Of a stretch of DNA of 64,000 bases, positions 45,739 to 56,248 are shown one piece after another. Numbering within the stretch: the stretch's first letter is position 1; each line of letters opens with the position of its first letter. A model generated the notes under the pieces. That model was not told where the DNA came from and did not search any database. It saw only the letters and a program-made list of their open reading frames with translations. The stretch is taken from contig DVOM01000027.1 of NCBI GenBank assembly GCA_018713605.1, forward strand, positions 7,255 through 71,254, in the 5' to 3' direction. The position numbers were made by a program, and so were the translations under genes. This DNA comes from Candidatus Scatocola faecigallinarum (lineage in GTDB: Bacteria; Pseudomonadota; Alphaproteobacteria; RF32; CAG-239).

Positions 45739-45975
45739 TCACGCAAACAGATAAACCTGCTCCGCTAAATCCCCGAAAGTCCGCACTTCCGTTTCCAAAA
45801 CAAACGAGGGAACGCAAACGCCCAGATGTTCTTCAATCAACAGGCTCAGCCTCAACATGTCAAGCTCGTCAATCCCCAGCAGGAGAAGTTCCGTCCCGTC
45901 GTCAATTTCAGACATTGACGCAACCACGCCGAACTGGCAGACAAGCAGCTCTTTCAGTTCATCTTTGTAATCCAT
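45739..45975 (-). CDS. Acyl-carrier-protein-like protein lacking the phosphopantetheine-attachment serine
   Basis: 78 aa four-helix ACP-like pattern, but LGIDELDML replaces the canonical LG-x-DSLD. Confidence 0.5.
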   Translation of the reverse strand: MDYKDELKELLVCQFGVVASMSEIDDGTELLLLGIDELDMLRLSLLIEEHLGVCVPSFVLETEVRTFGDLAEQVYLFA

Positions 45976-45981
45976 AATAAA

Positions 45982-46251
45982 TTATTTTTTGGTTTTTAAA
46001 TGCTTGCCGCAGATGTAAATTATCCACACTGCCGCGGCAATAACAAAATCACAAAACACCCAGCCTTTAAAAAGGGCAAAATCATTCACGACCACCACAA
46101 ACTGAGTCATGAAGATACAGGTCAGAACATTAAGAAGCATCGCCGGAATACGCGGATTGACCTTTTTCAGCTTAAACATTTTCAGGTTAAACCGAAACGA
46201 CAAACCCGCGGCAACGACAGCTCCGCTGACTAAAATCACATTTTGAAACAT
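45982..46251 (-). CDS. Small membrane protein (3 predicted TM helices)
   Basis: 89 aa hydrophobic ORF, 6 nt upstream of the ACP-like gene on the same strand. Confidence 0.45.
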   Translation of the reverse strand: MFQNVILVSGAVVAAGLSFRFNLKMFKLKKVNPRIPAMLLNVLTCIFMTQFVVVVNDFALFKGWVFCDFVIAAAVWIIYICGKHLKTKK

Positions 46252-46348
46252 AATATTTAATTTTTAATGATAAAGACACATATCTATAAACAGTTATGCG
46301 TTAATTTAACCTTTTTTGTCCAAAATGTAAACCGAAAATAACCGGAAA

Positions 46349-47305
46349 TTAATTTCTGATTGAACGAACCCAGGCCTTCACATTGCGGTTATGCTCATTC
46401 AGGCTTCTGGCAAAACGATGACCTCCTTTGCCGTCGGCCACGAAATACAGATAATCGCTCTGCTGCGGGCGGGCAGCGGCCATAAGCGCCTCTCGCCCCG
46501 GATTGCAGATTGGTCCCGGCGGCAAACCGTAATTCAGATAAGTATTGTAGGGACTGTCGATTTTCAGGTCGGCGCGTTTCAAACTGCGTCCGAACGAAGT
46601 TTCGCCCTCCGTAATCGCATAAATTACCGTAGGATCGGTTTGCAGCCTCATACCTTTCTTCAGACGGTTCAGAAACACGGAAGCCACCAGCGGTCTTTCT
46701 TCCGGCACACCGGTTTCCTTTTCGATAATCGAAGCGAGCGTCAGCAGTTCGTTAACGTCCTTCAGCGGCAGACTGCTGTCGCGGGAAGCCCAGACTTCTT
46801 CCAGCGCTTTCTGCATAGCGGCCCGCGCCTGCAGGATAATGCTGTTGCGGCTGGCTCCGAGTTCAAAACTGTAGGTCTCCGGCAACAGCTCTCCCTCCTT
46901 GACGTCAAGGTCAATCTCGCCTTCCAAATCGGGATAATTGGCAATCAGATACATAATCTGACCGCTGGTCAGTCCTTCGGGAATGGTTATCCGGCGGAAA
47001 AAAACTTCCCCGCGCGCAATCTTGTCCATCGCGGCCTGCAACGAAATCGCCGGCATAAACTGGTACTCGCCGGCTTTGAGATGCTTGGCCAGCCCGTTGA
47101 TTCTGGCCATAATGCGAAACAGCCAGGGCTTATCAATCACGCCGGCGCGCGACAACTCTTCCGCCACCGTTTTCAGCGACGCCCCTTTCGGAACCACCAC
47201 ATTGGTAACGTTAAGGAGCGGACCGCCTTCCGCAATCCACCCCTTAATCTGCATATAAGCCAGCACCGACAAAACAATCAGAAAAATGATAATAAGCTTT
47301 TTCAT
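46349..47305 (-). CDS. mltG: Endolytic murein transglycosylase MltG (YceG-like)
   Basis: 318 aa. N-terminal TM, a YceG domain with an ASIIEKE catalytic region and DSPYNTY. Confidence 0.9.
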   Translation of the reverse strand: MKKLIIIFLIVLSVLAYMQIKGWIAEGGPLLNVTNVVVPKGASLKTVAEELSRAGVIDKPWLFRIMARINGLAKHLKAGEYQFMPAISLQAAMDKIARGEVFFRRITIPEGLTSGQIMYLIANYPDLEGEIDLDVKEGELLPETYSFELGASRNSIILQARAAMQKALEEVWASRDSSLPLKDVNELLTLASIIEKETGVPEERPLVASVFLNRLKKGMRLQTDPTVIYAITEGETSFGRSLKRADLKIDSPYNTYLNYGLPPGPICNPGREALMAAARPQQSDYLYFVADGKGGHRFARSLNEHNRNVKAWVRSIRN

Positions 47306-47322
47306 CGGTGTTCTTTACACGG

Positions 47323-48591
47323 CTAAGCTTCGTATTTCTTGAAAATCAGCGAAGAATTCGTACCGCCGAAGCCAAACGAGTTCGACATGACAGCCTTCAG
47401 TGCCTTCGGTTTTGCTTTCAGCGGAACCAAATCCATATGGGCAACCTCGTCAGCCGGATTCTCAAGGTTCAGGGTCGGCGGACAGATTTGATCCTGCAGC
47501 GCCTTGACGGACAGAACCGCCTCAACGGCACCGGCAGCGCCCAGCAGGTGGCCGATGGCCGATTTTGTAGAAGACATCGAAACCGTCTTCATGTTTTCGC
47601 CGAACAGACGTTCAACCGCCTGCGCTTCGCCGACGTCTCCGGCCGGCGTAGAAGTTCCGTGCGCATTGATATAACCGATGTCGCTTAATTCAATGCCATG
47701 TTCCTTGGCATGTGCTGCCGCCTGTTTCATGGCACGATAAGCACCGTCGCCCGAAGGCGCGGTAATATGATAAGCGTCGCCGCTCATGCCATAACCGACG
47801 ACTTCGGCATAAATTTTGGCGCCGCGGGCTTTGGCATGCTCCAATTCTTCAAGCACCAGAGCACCGGAACCTTCGCCCATGACAAAACCGCTGCGATCCT
47901 TGTCCCAGGGACGGGAAGCCTTTTCCGGATTGTCGTTGAAAGAGGTTGTTACCGCACGCAGACGGGAGAAGCCGGCCAGCGACAGAACATTGACCGCAGA
48001 TTCGGCACCGCCGGCTACCATAACGTCCGCATCGCCCATGGCAATAATGCGCATGGCGTCGCCGATGGCGTGCGTGCCGGTCGAACATGCCGTAACGCAG
48101 GCATGATTCGGACCTTTATACTTATAGGCAATCGAAAGGTTGCCGGAAATCATGTTAATCAGACAGGCCGGAATAAAAAACGGCGACATTTTGTGACAGC
48201 CGGATTCATTAAAAATCAGCGAATTTTCGTAAATCGTCTGCAGGCCGCCGATGCCGGAACCCATCATAACGCCGGAACGGAACTGGTCTTCGTCGGTCTC
48301 CGGTTTCCAGCCGGAATCTTCAATTGCGTCACCGCCTGCGGCCAGGCCGTAAAGGATAAACTTGTCAACTTTTTTCTGATCTTTGGGAGCCATAACGGTA
48401 TCCGGATCAAACTGGTTCTCTTCCTTGCCGAACGGAACCTGGCCGGCTATCTGGCAGGGAATGTCCTTCAAATCGATATTGTCGATTTTCCTGATGCCCG
48501 ATTTACCGTCCAAAATGTTTTTCCAGTTAAAGTCTACGCCTCTTCCGAAAGGAGAAACCATACCCAGTCCGGTTACAACAACTCTTCTCAT
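47323..48591 (-). CDS. fabF: 3-oxoacyl-ACP synthase II
   Basis: 422 aa. MRRVVVTGLGMVSPFG start, active-site ACSTG, and the HGTSTP / GHLLGAAG motifs. Confidence 0.95.
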   Translation of the reverse strand: MRRVVVTGLGMVSPFGRGVDFNWKNILDGKSGIRKIDNIDLKDIPCQIAGQVPFGKEENQFDPDTVMAPKDQKKVDKFILYGLAAGGDAIEDSGWKPETDEDQFRSGVMMGSGIGGLQTIYENSLIFNESGCHKMSPFFIPACLINMISGNLSIAYKYKGPNHACVTACSTGTHAIGDAMRIIAMGDADVMVAGGAESAVNVLSLAGFSRLRAVTTSFNDNPEKASRPWDKDRSGFVMGEGSGALVLEELEHAKARGAKIYAEVVGYGMSGDAYHITAPSGDGAYRAMKQAAAHAKEHGIELSDIGYINAHGTSTPAGDVGEAQAVERLFGENMKTVSMSSTKSAIGHLLGAAGAVEAVLSVKALQDQICPPTLNLENPADEVAHMDLVPLKAKPKALKAVMSNSFGFGGTNSSLIFKKYEA

Positions 48592-48718
48592 TAATTAACT
48601 CCGAATAAGTTACATCATTGAGCACAGTAAAAAAACAGCTGCGCAATTCAACACTCTATTATATGAAAAAACTCGCTTAGTCAAGCGAGTTTCATCAATT
48701 GTACAAAGCCTGTGCGAC

Positions 48719-48952
48719 TTATGCGTTCTTGGAAAGATAGTCGATAGCGTCTTTTACAGTCAGAATTTTTTCAGCGGCTTCGTCCGGAATTTCACAACCG
48801 AATTCTTCTTCGAAAGCCATAACCAACTCTACTGTATCCAAGCTGTCAGCGCCCAGATCATCGATGAAGCTTGCGGTATCGGTAACTTTAGATTCTTCGA
48901 CGCCAAGGTGTTCTGCAACAATTTTCTTAACGCGGTTAGCTGTATCAGTCAT
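48719..48952 (-). CDS. acpP: Acyl carrier protein
   Basis: Start at [33 protein letters not shown] with the canonical Ser. Confidence 0.95.
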   Translation of the reverse strand: MTDTANRVKKIVAEHLGVEESKVTDTASFIDDLGADSLDTVELVMAFEEEFGCEIPDEAAEKILTVKDAIDYLSKNA

Positions 48953-49247
48953 ATGGATAAACCTCAAAAAATATTAAAACAAATTTTCAGACCTCCCGGC
49001 CTGTGATTGACTAGTTAGCACAAATTTATATAATTTGACAAGCATTATTTTCAAATGCGGAGGCAAAGCCCGGACAAAAAAGCCCGAAAACGCCGAAAAA
49101 CCCGCCTTTTCAGCCGCTTAAAAAAGTGGATAAATTGCGCACGGATATTTTTTCCGCCGCATAAACGCCGCTTTCTGTTGACAATTCGGCATTAAGGAAA
49201 TAATCATTATATACAGTTATTCAACTCTGGTTTTAAGGTGAAACAAA

Positions 49248-49535
49248 ATGAAAAAGATTTTCTACATAGTTCTGGTCATCGTCGCCCTGATGGTTATCAG
49301 CCGCTTTGTCAAACAGGGCAATCAGACCGTTCCGTCCGAAGTCATTGCCGTTGAAGAAGTTGTCCCCGAGGGCGCCGAAGCTGCCGAAGCGGTCAGCGAA
49401 GAAGTCGCCGTCGACGAAAACGGCAACCCGATTGCCGAAGAGGAAACCGTCAGCGAAGCCGAAGCGGTCAGTGTTGAGGAAGCCGCAGACCCGGCCGAGG
49501 AAGAAACGCCGGCCGACGCCGTTCCCGCCGAATAA
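49248..49535 (+). CDS. Small membrane-anchored, highly acidic (Glu/Ala/Val-rich) protein
   Basis: 95 aa. N-terminal TM IFYIVLVIVALMVI followed by a low-complexity acidic tail. Confidence 0.4.
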   Translation: MKKIFYIVLVIVALMVISRFVKQGNQTVPSEVIAVEEVVPEGAEAAEAVSEEVAVDENGNPIAEEETVSEAEAVSVEEAADPAEEETPADAVPAE

Positions 49536-49689
49536 ACCGGTTAAGAATTGTTACAAAAAGGTCATCATTTTTGATGACCTTTTTTATTGTATTTCGAAAA
49601 AAAATTCCTATATTAGCACATGAAAATTTATAGTGGAAAAAATAACTCTTGTGCAGAATGCGCACCAGACAAGCTTGAAAGGAAAAAAG

Positions 49690-50661
49690 ATGAAAGTAGG
49701 AATTATAGGTGCCGGCTCCGTAGGTTCGGCAACGGCATTCGCCCTGATTATGAGAGGCGTCGCCCGCAAAGTCGTTTTGATTGACGCCAATGAAAAGAAA
49801 GCCCAGGCCGAAGCCATGGACATTGCCCACGCTGCGCCGTTCGCTTATGCCAATAAGGTCAAGGCCGGAACTTATGAAGATTTGAAAGGCGCCGAAGTCG
49901 TCATCGTTACCGCCGGAGCCAACCAGAAACCCGGAGAAACCCGCATAGACCTGCTCGGCCGCAATGCCAAAATCTTTGAAAGCATTATTCCCCAGGTTGC
50001 CAAATATGCGCCGGACACCATCCTGCTCATTACCTCCAATCCCGCCGACATCATGACCGAAGTCGCCATTAAACTTTCAGGTTTTCCGCGGGAACGCGTC
50101 ATCGGCAGCGGCACCGTGCTCGACACCTCCCGCTTCCGCACCCTGCTCGGCTACCATCTCGGGGTTTCGCCGAAATCGATTCACGCCAACGTCCTCGGCG
50201 AACACGGCGACAGCGAAGTCCTTGCCTGGTCGAACGGCGACGCCGGCTCGGTACAGATTGAAGAACTGGCCCGTATGGAAAACAAACCCTTTACCGCCGA
50301 TGTCAAGGCACATATCGACGACTGCGTCCGCAATGCCGCCTACAAGATTATCGACGGCAAAGGCGCCACCTTCTATGGCATTGCCGGCGCGTTGTGCCAA
50401 ATCTGCCAGGCCATATCCAATAACGAATATGCCATTCTGACCGTATCCACCCACCACGATGATGTCGAAGGCGTCAAAGACGTCTGCCTTTCGCTGCCGA
50501 CCGTTGTCGGCAAACGCGGCGTCCACGGCATAATCTATCCGAAACTTTCGGAAAGCGAACACAACGACCTGCGTTACAGCGCCCAGAAAATCAAGGAATA
50601 TTCCGACAAAGCCGTCGAAATCGTTTCCAAAGATCTCGAAGAAGGCCTGAAATCGGCTTAA
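49690..50661 (+). CDS. ldh: L-lactate dehydrogenase
   Basis: Start at MKVGIIGAGSVG. GANQKPGETR carries the LDH-type Gln rather than the MDH-type Arg. Catalytic His in GEHGDS. Confidence 0.85.
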   Translation: MKVGIIGAGSVGSATAFALIMRGVARKVVLIDANEKKAQAEAMDIAHAAPFAYANKVKAGTYEDLKGAEVVIVTAGANQKPGETRIDLLGRNAKIFESIIPQVAKYAPDTILLITSNPADIMTEVAIKLSGFPRERVIGSGTVLDTSRFRTLLGYHLGVSPKSIHANVLGEHGDSEVLAWSNGDAGSVQIEELARMENKPFTADVKAHIDDCVRNAAYKIIDGKGATFYGIAGALCQICQAISNNEYAILTVSTHHDDVEGVKDVCLSLPTVVGKRGVHGIIYPKLSESEHNDLRYSAQKIKEYSDKAVEIVSKDLEEGLKSA

Positions 50662-50724
50662 TAACAAATTTCTGGTTTGATTTTATCCTCCTCTTGCCGT
50701 ATATTGCGCAGAGGAGGATTTTTT

Positions 50725-51768
50725 ATGGTTGAAGTCGTTACGTTCGGATGCAGAATAAACTCTTATGAATCGGAAGTTTTAAAAGAAAAGCTTGCCGCTT
50801 TGGACAACGTTGTCATTGTCAACACCTGCGCCGTCACCGGCGAGGCTGAACGCCAGTGCCGGCAGGCCATCCGCAAACTCCGCCGCGAAAACCCGGACGC
50901 CCGGATAATCGTTACCGGCTGTGCCGCTCAGATAGCGCCGCGCAAATTTGCTTCCATGCCGGAGGTCGATCTGGTACTCGGCAACGGGGAAAAGGCCGAA
51001 ATCGAAAAATACCTGGCCGGCAACCTTACCGAAAAAAGCATTGTCGGCGACATTTTTTCCTATGACGACTACGACCGTTACCTGATAACCGGCTTTGAAG
51101 GACGCCAGCGCGCCTTTGTTCAAATCCAGCAGGGATGCAGCCACCGCTGCACCTATTGTATCGTTCCCTATGCGCGCGGCAACAACCGCTCGGTAAAGGA
51201 AGAAGACATCATCAGTCAGATTCGCGAACTTCTCGGCCGCGGTTTTGGAGAAATCTGTCTGACCGGCGTCGACGCCTGCTCCTACCGCCCGTCTTTCAGC
51301 GGCCTGATACAGCATATTCTGGAACAGATTCCCGAACTTCCTTCGCTGCAGTTCGGCTCACTGGACCCGGCTGCCGTCGACGACGATTTTATCGCTCTGG
51401 TCGGCAGATACAGAAATGTCCATCCGCATTTTCACCTGTCTGTCCAGTCCGGCGACAACATGATACTAAAAAGGATGCGTCGCCGCCATACCCGCGAAGA
51501 TGTCATTAAACTTTGCGACGCCATTCGTCGGGTACGCCCCGAAGCAACGTTCGGCGCCGATTTTATCTGCGGCTTTCCGACCGAAAGCGATGAAAATTTT
51601 CAAAACACGCTTAAATTGGTAACTGAGGCAGGCATTACCAGACTGCACGTTTTCCCCTACTCGGAACGTCCGGGAACACCCGCAGCCCTCATGCCGCAGC
51701 TTCCGGTCGAAATCCGCCGGGAACGGGCCCGCATTCTGCGTGAACAGGGAGAAACCGACAATGACTAG
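50725..51768 (+). CDS. mtaB: MiaB-like tRNA methylthiotransferase (MtaB-type) lacking a TRAM domain
   Basis: Start at MVEVVTFGCRINSYESE. UPF0004 domain Cys residues and radical SAM CSHRCTYC. The ORF ends directly after the radical SAM core. Confidence 0.75.
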   Translation: MVEVVTFGCRINSYESEVLKEKLAALDNVVIVNTCAVTGEAERQCRQAIRKLRRENPDARIIVTGCAAQIAPRKFASMPEVDLVLGNGEKAEIEKYLAGNLTEKSIVGDIFSYDDYDRYLITGFEGRQRAFVQIQQGCSHRCTYCIVPYARGNNRSVKEEDIISQIRELLGRGFGEICLTGVDACSYRPSFSGLIQHILEQIPELPSLQFGSLDPAAVDDDFIALVGRYRNVHPHFHLSVQSGDNMILKRMRRRHTREDVIKLCDAIRRVRPEATFGADFICGFPTESDENFQNTLKLVTEAGITRLHVFPYSERPGTPAALMPQLPVEIRRERARILREQGETDND

Positions 51769-52675
51769 CTTTTTGCAGAAATTAGGCTTTGGCCTCAAAA
51801 AGTCTTCCGCCAAGCTTACCGGCGGCATCAGCAGCATCTTTACCAAGCGCCGTGTCGACGCCCAAACGCTTGACGAACTTGAAGAACTTCTGATCAGCTC
51901 GGACATTGGCGTCCGAGCCAGCGCCAAAATCATCGGCAGCTTTGCCAAACGCCGATTGAACAAAGACGCCGGCGACACGGAAATCAAAAACGAACTTGCC
52001 GCCGACATCGAAGCAATTCTCCAGCCTTGCGAACAGCCGCTGGCAATTGACGATACCCAAAAACCTTTCGTTATTTTGATGGTCGGGGTCAACGGCGCCG
52101 GAAAAACCACCACCATCGGCAAACTGGCAGCCAAATTCAAGGCCGGCGGCAAACAGGTCTCGTTCATTGCCGGCGACACCTTCCGCGCCGCCGCCGTCGA
52201 GCAGCTTGAAGTCTGGGGGCAACGCTGCGGCATCCGCGTCTTCAAAGGCCCTGCCGGCTGTGACGCCGCCGGTCTTTGTTACGACGGTCTGACGGAAGCT
52301 GTCAGGCAAAAAGACGATATTGTTTTTATCGATACTGCCGGAAGACTGCAAAACAAAACCGGCCTGATGGACGAACTGAAAAAAATCGTCCGCGTCATCG
52401 GAAAAGTCCTGCCCAAAGCGCCGCACGCCACTTTGCTGACCATTGACGCCACAACCGGACAAAATGCCCTGTCTCAGGTACAGACCTTTAAGGAAATGGT
52501 CGACGTTACCGGCCTTGTCGTTACCAAACTTGACGGTACGGCCAAAGGCGGCATTCTGGTCGCCGTCGCCGAAGAACAGCCCTCCCCGATTCATTACATC
52601 GGCGTCGGCGAAGGAATTGATGATCTGGACGTCTTCAACGCGGCGGACTACGCCAAAAACCTTTTGGAACTCTGA
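51761..52675 (+). CDS. ftsY: Signal recognition particle receptor FtsY
   Basis: Start at [14 protein letters not shown]. GTPase motifs [20 protein letters not shown] and TKLDG. Confidence 0.95.
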   Translation: MTSFLQKLGFGLKKSSAKLTGGISSIFTKRRVDAQTLDELEELLISSDIGVRASAKIIGSFAKRRLNKDAGDTEIKNELAADIEAILQPCEQPLAIDDTQKPFVILMVGVNGAGKTTTIGKLAAKFKAGGKQVSFIAGDTFRAAAVEQLEVWGQRCGIRVFKGPAGCDAAGLCYDGLTEAVRQKDDIVFIDTAGRLQNKTGLMDELKKIVRVIGKVLPKAPHATLLTIDATTGQNALSQVQTFKEMVDVTGLVVTKLDGTAKGGILVAVAEEQPSPIHYIGVGEGIDDLDVFNAADYAKNLLEL

Positions 52676-54042
52676 TGATGGAAGACCTTCTCAACCTGGC
52701 GGAACAACAAACCCCGCAGTTGCCCGAATACACGGTCAGCGAAATATCGTTTGAAATTAAAAAATTTGTCGAAACCACCTTTAACCGGGTTAAAATCCGC
52801 GGCGAAATTTTCGGCGCCAAACGTGCCGATTCCGGCCATTGGTATCTGTCGCTGAAAGATCCGAACGCGGTTCTTTCCGCCGTTATCTGGAAAGGAACCG
52901 CCTCCCGTCTCAGTTTCAGACCCGAAGACGGCATGGAAGTCGTCGCCACCGGCAAAATAACCACTTTTGCCGGCAAATCCTCTTATCAGCTGGTAATCGA
53001 ACAAATGGAAATCGCCGGTGCCGGCGCGCTGCTCAAACTTTTGGAAGAACGAAAACAGAAATTTGCCGCCGAAGGCCTGTTCGACCCGGCGCACAAAAAA
53101 CCCGTTCCCTTTCTGCCGGACGTCATCGGCGTTGTCACCTCGGCCAGCGGCGCCGTCATTCGTGACATTATTCACCGCGTTCGCGACCGCTTTCCCAGCC
53201 GCATTATTGTCTGGCCGACCCCCGTACAGGGCGAAGGAGCCGCCGAAAAAATCGCCGCAGCCGTCAAAGGCTTCAATGCCCTGCCTCGCGGCGGCGCCGT
53301 TCCCCGGCCGGACGTCCTGATTGTCGCCCGCGGCGGCGGCAGTCTTGAAGACCTCTGGCCGTTTAACGAAGAAATTGTCATCAGAGCCGTCTATGATTCG
53401 GAAATTCCGCTTATTTCCGCCGTCGGCCACGAAACGGACACCATGCTGATTGACTACGTCTCCGACCTGCGCGCACCGACCCCGACCGGTGCCGCCGAGT
53501 TTGCGGTTCCGGTCAAAGCCGAAATTTCCGCAACGCTCAGTACGGCACAAAGCCGTCTGTCCAACGCCGTTAACCGCTACTTCGAAGAACGTCGCAGCCG
53601 GCTTGACGGGTTAAGCCGCGGCATTCCCAATCTGGAACAGATACTTGCCGAAAGCAGACAAAAGCTGGATGACCGCATTGAACGCCTGCAGCTGGCATTC
53701 GGCAACATGCTTAAAAACAAACAAAACCAGATTGCCCAAACCAGTCTGCGCCCGTATTACATTTTGAATATTTTTGAAAAAAAGCAAGAAAATTTAAAGA
53801 ATTTGTCGCTTAGACTGGATTCAGTTTCAATAGATTCGGTTCTAAGCCGCGGTTTCGCCTGGGTCCGGGACAATCGCCGCCAAACGGTCTACTCCGTTGC
53901 GCAGGCGCAGAAAAGTCCGTCGCTGGAAATCCGTTTTATTGACGGCAGTATCAAAACCAAAACGGAACGAAAGAAAAATGACACTCTACAAGGCGATTTG
54001 TTTGACTTGTTTTCTGACGGCGCTGCTCCCTGCCGGGACTGA
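52675..54042 (+). CDS. xseA: Exodeoxyribonuclease VII large subunit
   Basis: 455 aa. OB-fold N-terminus ([13 protein letters not shown]...VKIRGEI), a catalytic core ([10 protein letters not shown]) and a coiled-coil C-terminus. Confidence 0.9.
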   Translation: MMEDLLNLAEQQTPQLPEYTVSEISFEIKKFVETTFNRVKIRGEIFGAKRADSGHWYLSLKDPNAVLSAVIWKGTASRLSFRPEDGMEVVATGKITTFAGKSSYQLVIEQMEIAGAGALLKLLEERKQKFAAEGLFDPAHKKPVPFLPDVIGVVTSASGAVIRDIIHRVRDRFPSRIIVWPTPVQGEGAAEKIAAAVKGFNALPRGGAVPRPDVLIVARGGGSLEDLWPFNEEIVIRAVYDSEIPLISAVGHETDTMLIDYVSDLRAPTPTGAAEFAVPVKAEISATLSTAQSRLSNAVNRYFEERRSRLDGLSRGIPNLEQILAESRQKLDDRIERLQLAFGNMLKNKQNQIAQTSLRPYYILNIFEKKQENLKNLSLRLDSVSIDSVLSRGFAWVRDNRRQTVYSVAQAQKSPSLEIRFIDGSIKTKTERKKNDTLQGDLFDLFSDGAAPCRD

Positions 54043-54814
54043 AGCGCTGGAACTCTGCGGCAAGCCGGCGCAGGGCGAAATTCTGAAAGGCTATGCCCCC
54101 GGCGCCGAAAAAATTCTGCTTGACGGCCGGGAATATATGCTTTCTCCGTCGGGAAACTTTCTGTTGGCCTTCGGCCGCGACGAAACTCCGGAAAAAAAGC
54201 TGACAGTCATCAATGCCAAAGGCGCTGCCAAAGACTATTCCCTGAACGTCGCCGCGACCAAATGGGATATTCAGGACATTAAAGGCATACCGCAGAAGAA
54301 AGTTACGCCCTCGGCCGCAGACCAGAATGAAATCGGCCGGGAACGCGGCGACCTCAAAAAAGCCCTGGCAGACAAACTAAACAAAAACTACTGGGAAAAA
54401 GGCTTTGTTATGCCGGTCAAAGGACGTATCAGCGGCCATTTCGGGGGACAGCGGATAATGAACGGCAGAAAGATGAACCCGCATCAGGGCACCGATATCG
54501 CCGCTCCGGAAGGAACCCCGGTCAAAGCCGCGTCAAACGGCATTATCCGGTTAAGCGGCGGCAATTACTTTTACTCCGGCAACACCGTCGTCATCGACCA
54601 CGGCCACCAGCTGTTTACCATCTACGCGCATCTGAAAAAAGTTTCCGTCAAAGCGGGTGATTATGTCAGACAGGGACAGGTCATCGGCGAAGTCGGCAAA
54701 ACCGGACGCGTTACCGGCCCGCACCTGCATTGGGGCGCGTCGCTCAACGGCGTGCGCTTCACGCCCGAATCATTATTACATATGAATAACGCTGATTTTT
54801 GTTTTAATTTATAA
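53978..54814 (+). CDS. M23-family metallopeptidase
   Basis: Start at [23 protein letters not shown] (signal peptide). [14 protein letters not shown] and GPHLHWG motifs. Confidence 0.85.
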   Translation: MTLYKAICLTCFLTALLPAGTEALELCGKPAQGEILKGYAPGAEKILLDGREYMLSPSGNFLLAFGRDETPEKKLTVINAKGAAKDYSLNVAATKWDIQDIKGIPQKKVTPSAADQNEIGRERGDLKKALADKLNKNYWEKGFVMPVKGRISGHFGGQRIMNGRKMNPHQGTDIAAPEGTPVKAASNGIIRLSGGNYFYSGNTVVIDHGHQLFTIYAHLKKVSVKAGDYVRQGQVIGEVGKTGRVTGPHLHWGASLNGVRFTPESLLHMNNADFCFNL

Positions 54815-54864
54815 ACAATTATTATAAACTTGAAACAAATCGGAGAGCTGATATCGAGGTAGTC

Positions 54865-55287
54865 ATGGAAAACGCGCATAAACAATTGGCTTGGGACAGT
54901 TTAACCTGTCTGGTCGTCGATGACGACAAATTCTCGCGGACATTCATCAAAACCGCCCTGTATCAAATCGGCATGAAAAACACCCGTGAAGCCGCATCTG
55001 CCGCGGAAGCCGTCGAATTGCTCAACAGTTTCAAAATAGATATAATTCTCCTCGACCAGCAAATGCCTGGCAAAACCGGCCTTGAACTGGCGCGCGAACT
55101 GAAAAACAGCAACAATCCCCACCTGAAAAGCCTGCCCATAATCATGATTACCGTCGACACCAAGGAAAAAACCGTTCTCGACGCACGCAATCTGGGCATA
55201 CAGGAATATCTGGTCAAACCGATTTCCCCGCTGGCTCTCAAAAAAAGAATTTTAAATGCTTTCGGCATTAAACAGGAAAGAGTGTAA
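54865..55287 (+). CDS. Single-domain (CheY-like) response regulator
   Basis: 140 aa. VVDDD...ILLDQQMPGKTG...K receiver signature. Confidence 0.85.
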   Translation: MENAHKQLAWDSLTCLVVDDDKFSRTFIKTALYQIGMKNTREAASAAEAVELLNSFKIDIILLDQQMPGKTGLELARELKNSNNPHLKSLPIIMITVDTKEKTVLDARNLGIQEYLVKPISPLALKKRILNAFGIKQERV

Positions 55288-55290
55288 AAA

Positions 55291-56109
55291 GTGACTAATA
55301 TACAAATTTTGCTTCTGTCCGCCCTTCAGGGCTTGACGGAATTTCTTCCGGTAAGTTCCTCCGGCCATCTGATTCTTTTTTCAAAATTCACGTCTTTCCC
55401 CGATCAGGGACTGGCACTCGACGTTGCCATGCATGTCGGTTCGATTATGGCCGTCATGATTTACTTTTCGGAAGAAATCTGGATGATGCTCAAAGGCGTC
55501 TTCAAAACCTGGTTCATTCCCAATTTCAAAAATGCCGGTTCCAAGCTCTTCTGGCTGATTGTTATCGGAACAATTCCGGCTGTTATCGCCGGACTGGCGC
55601 TCAAATCCTACGGCATGGAGTGGCTGAGGGACAGCCGTATCATCGGCTGGACGATTCTGGGATTCGGCATTGTTCTGTTTATTGCCGACAAACTCGGCAT
55701 GACCATCCGCCAGATAAAACATCTGACCGCCCTCGACGCTCTGCTCATCGGTCTGGCTCAGTGCCTGGCGCTTATTCCCGGCACCAGCCGCTCAGGCATA
55801 ACCATTACCATGGGACGCTTTTTGGGAATGGAACGCCGCGAAGCCGCCAAGTTTGCCATGCTGCTGTCAATTCCGACCATTGCCGCCGCCGGAATGCTCG
55901 TCGGCTGGGAACTTTACGCCGCCGGCAATTTTCAGGAAATCATTTATGCCATGGACGGTATAACCTATTCGTTCATCTTCTCCATTCTGGCTATTTACAT
56001 CATCATGTGGTGGCTAAAGAAATCAACGTTTCTGCCGTTTGTCATCTATCGCCTTTGCCTGGGAACCTATCTCCTTTTAAATTCTTATGGATATCTTGAA
56101 AATTTTTAA
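55291..56109 (+). CDS. uppP: Undecaprenyl-diphosphate phosphatase
   Basis: 272 aa (GTG start). LQGLTEFLPVSSSGHL and PGTSRSG motifs. Confidence 0.95.
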   Translation: MTNIQILLLSALQGLTEFLPVSSSGHLILFSKFTSFPDQGLALDVAMHVGSIMAVMIYFSEEIWMMLKGVFKTWFIPNFKNAGSKLFWLIVIGTIPAVIAGLALKSYGMEWLRDSRIIGWTILGFGIVLFIADKLGMTIRQIKHLTALDALLIGLAQCLALIPGTSRSGITITMGRFLGMERREAAKFAMLLSIPTIAAAGMLVGWELYAAGNFQEIIYAMDGITYSFIFSILAIYIIMWWLKKSTFLPFVIYRLCLGTYLLLNSYGYLENF

Positions 56110-56162
56110 AATAAATGCTTGCAATTTATTTTGAAGTGCGTTAAAAGGATATCCGTTGTTAA

Positions 56163-56248
56163 GCCCTGGTGGCGGAATTGGTAGACGCGCATGCTTCAGG
56201 TGCATGTTACCTCAGGTAGTGGAAGTTCGAGTCTTCTCCAGGGCACCA
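56163..56248 (+). tRNA. tRNA-Leu (anticodon CAG)
   Basis: 86 nt. Acceptor GCCCTGG/CCAGGGC, anticodon arm CATGC-TTCAGGT-GCATG, a long variable arm, T arm GGAAGTTCGAGTCTTCT, encoded CCA. Confidence 0.9.
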
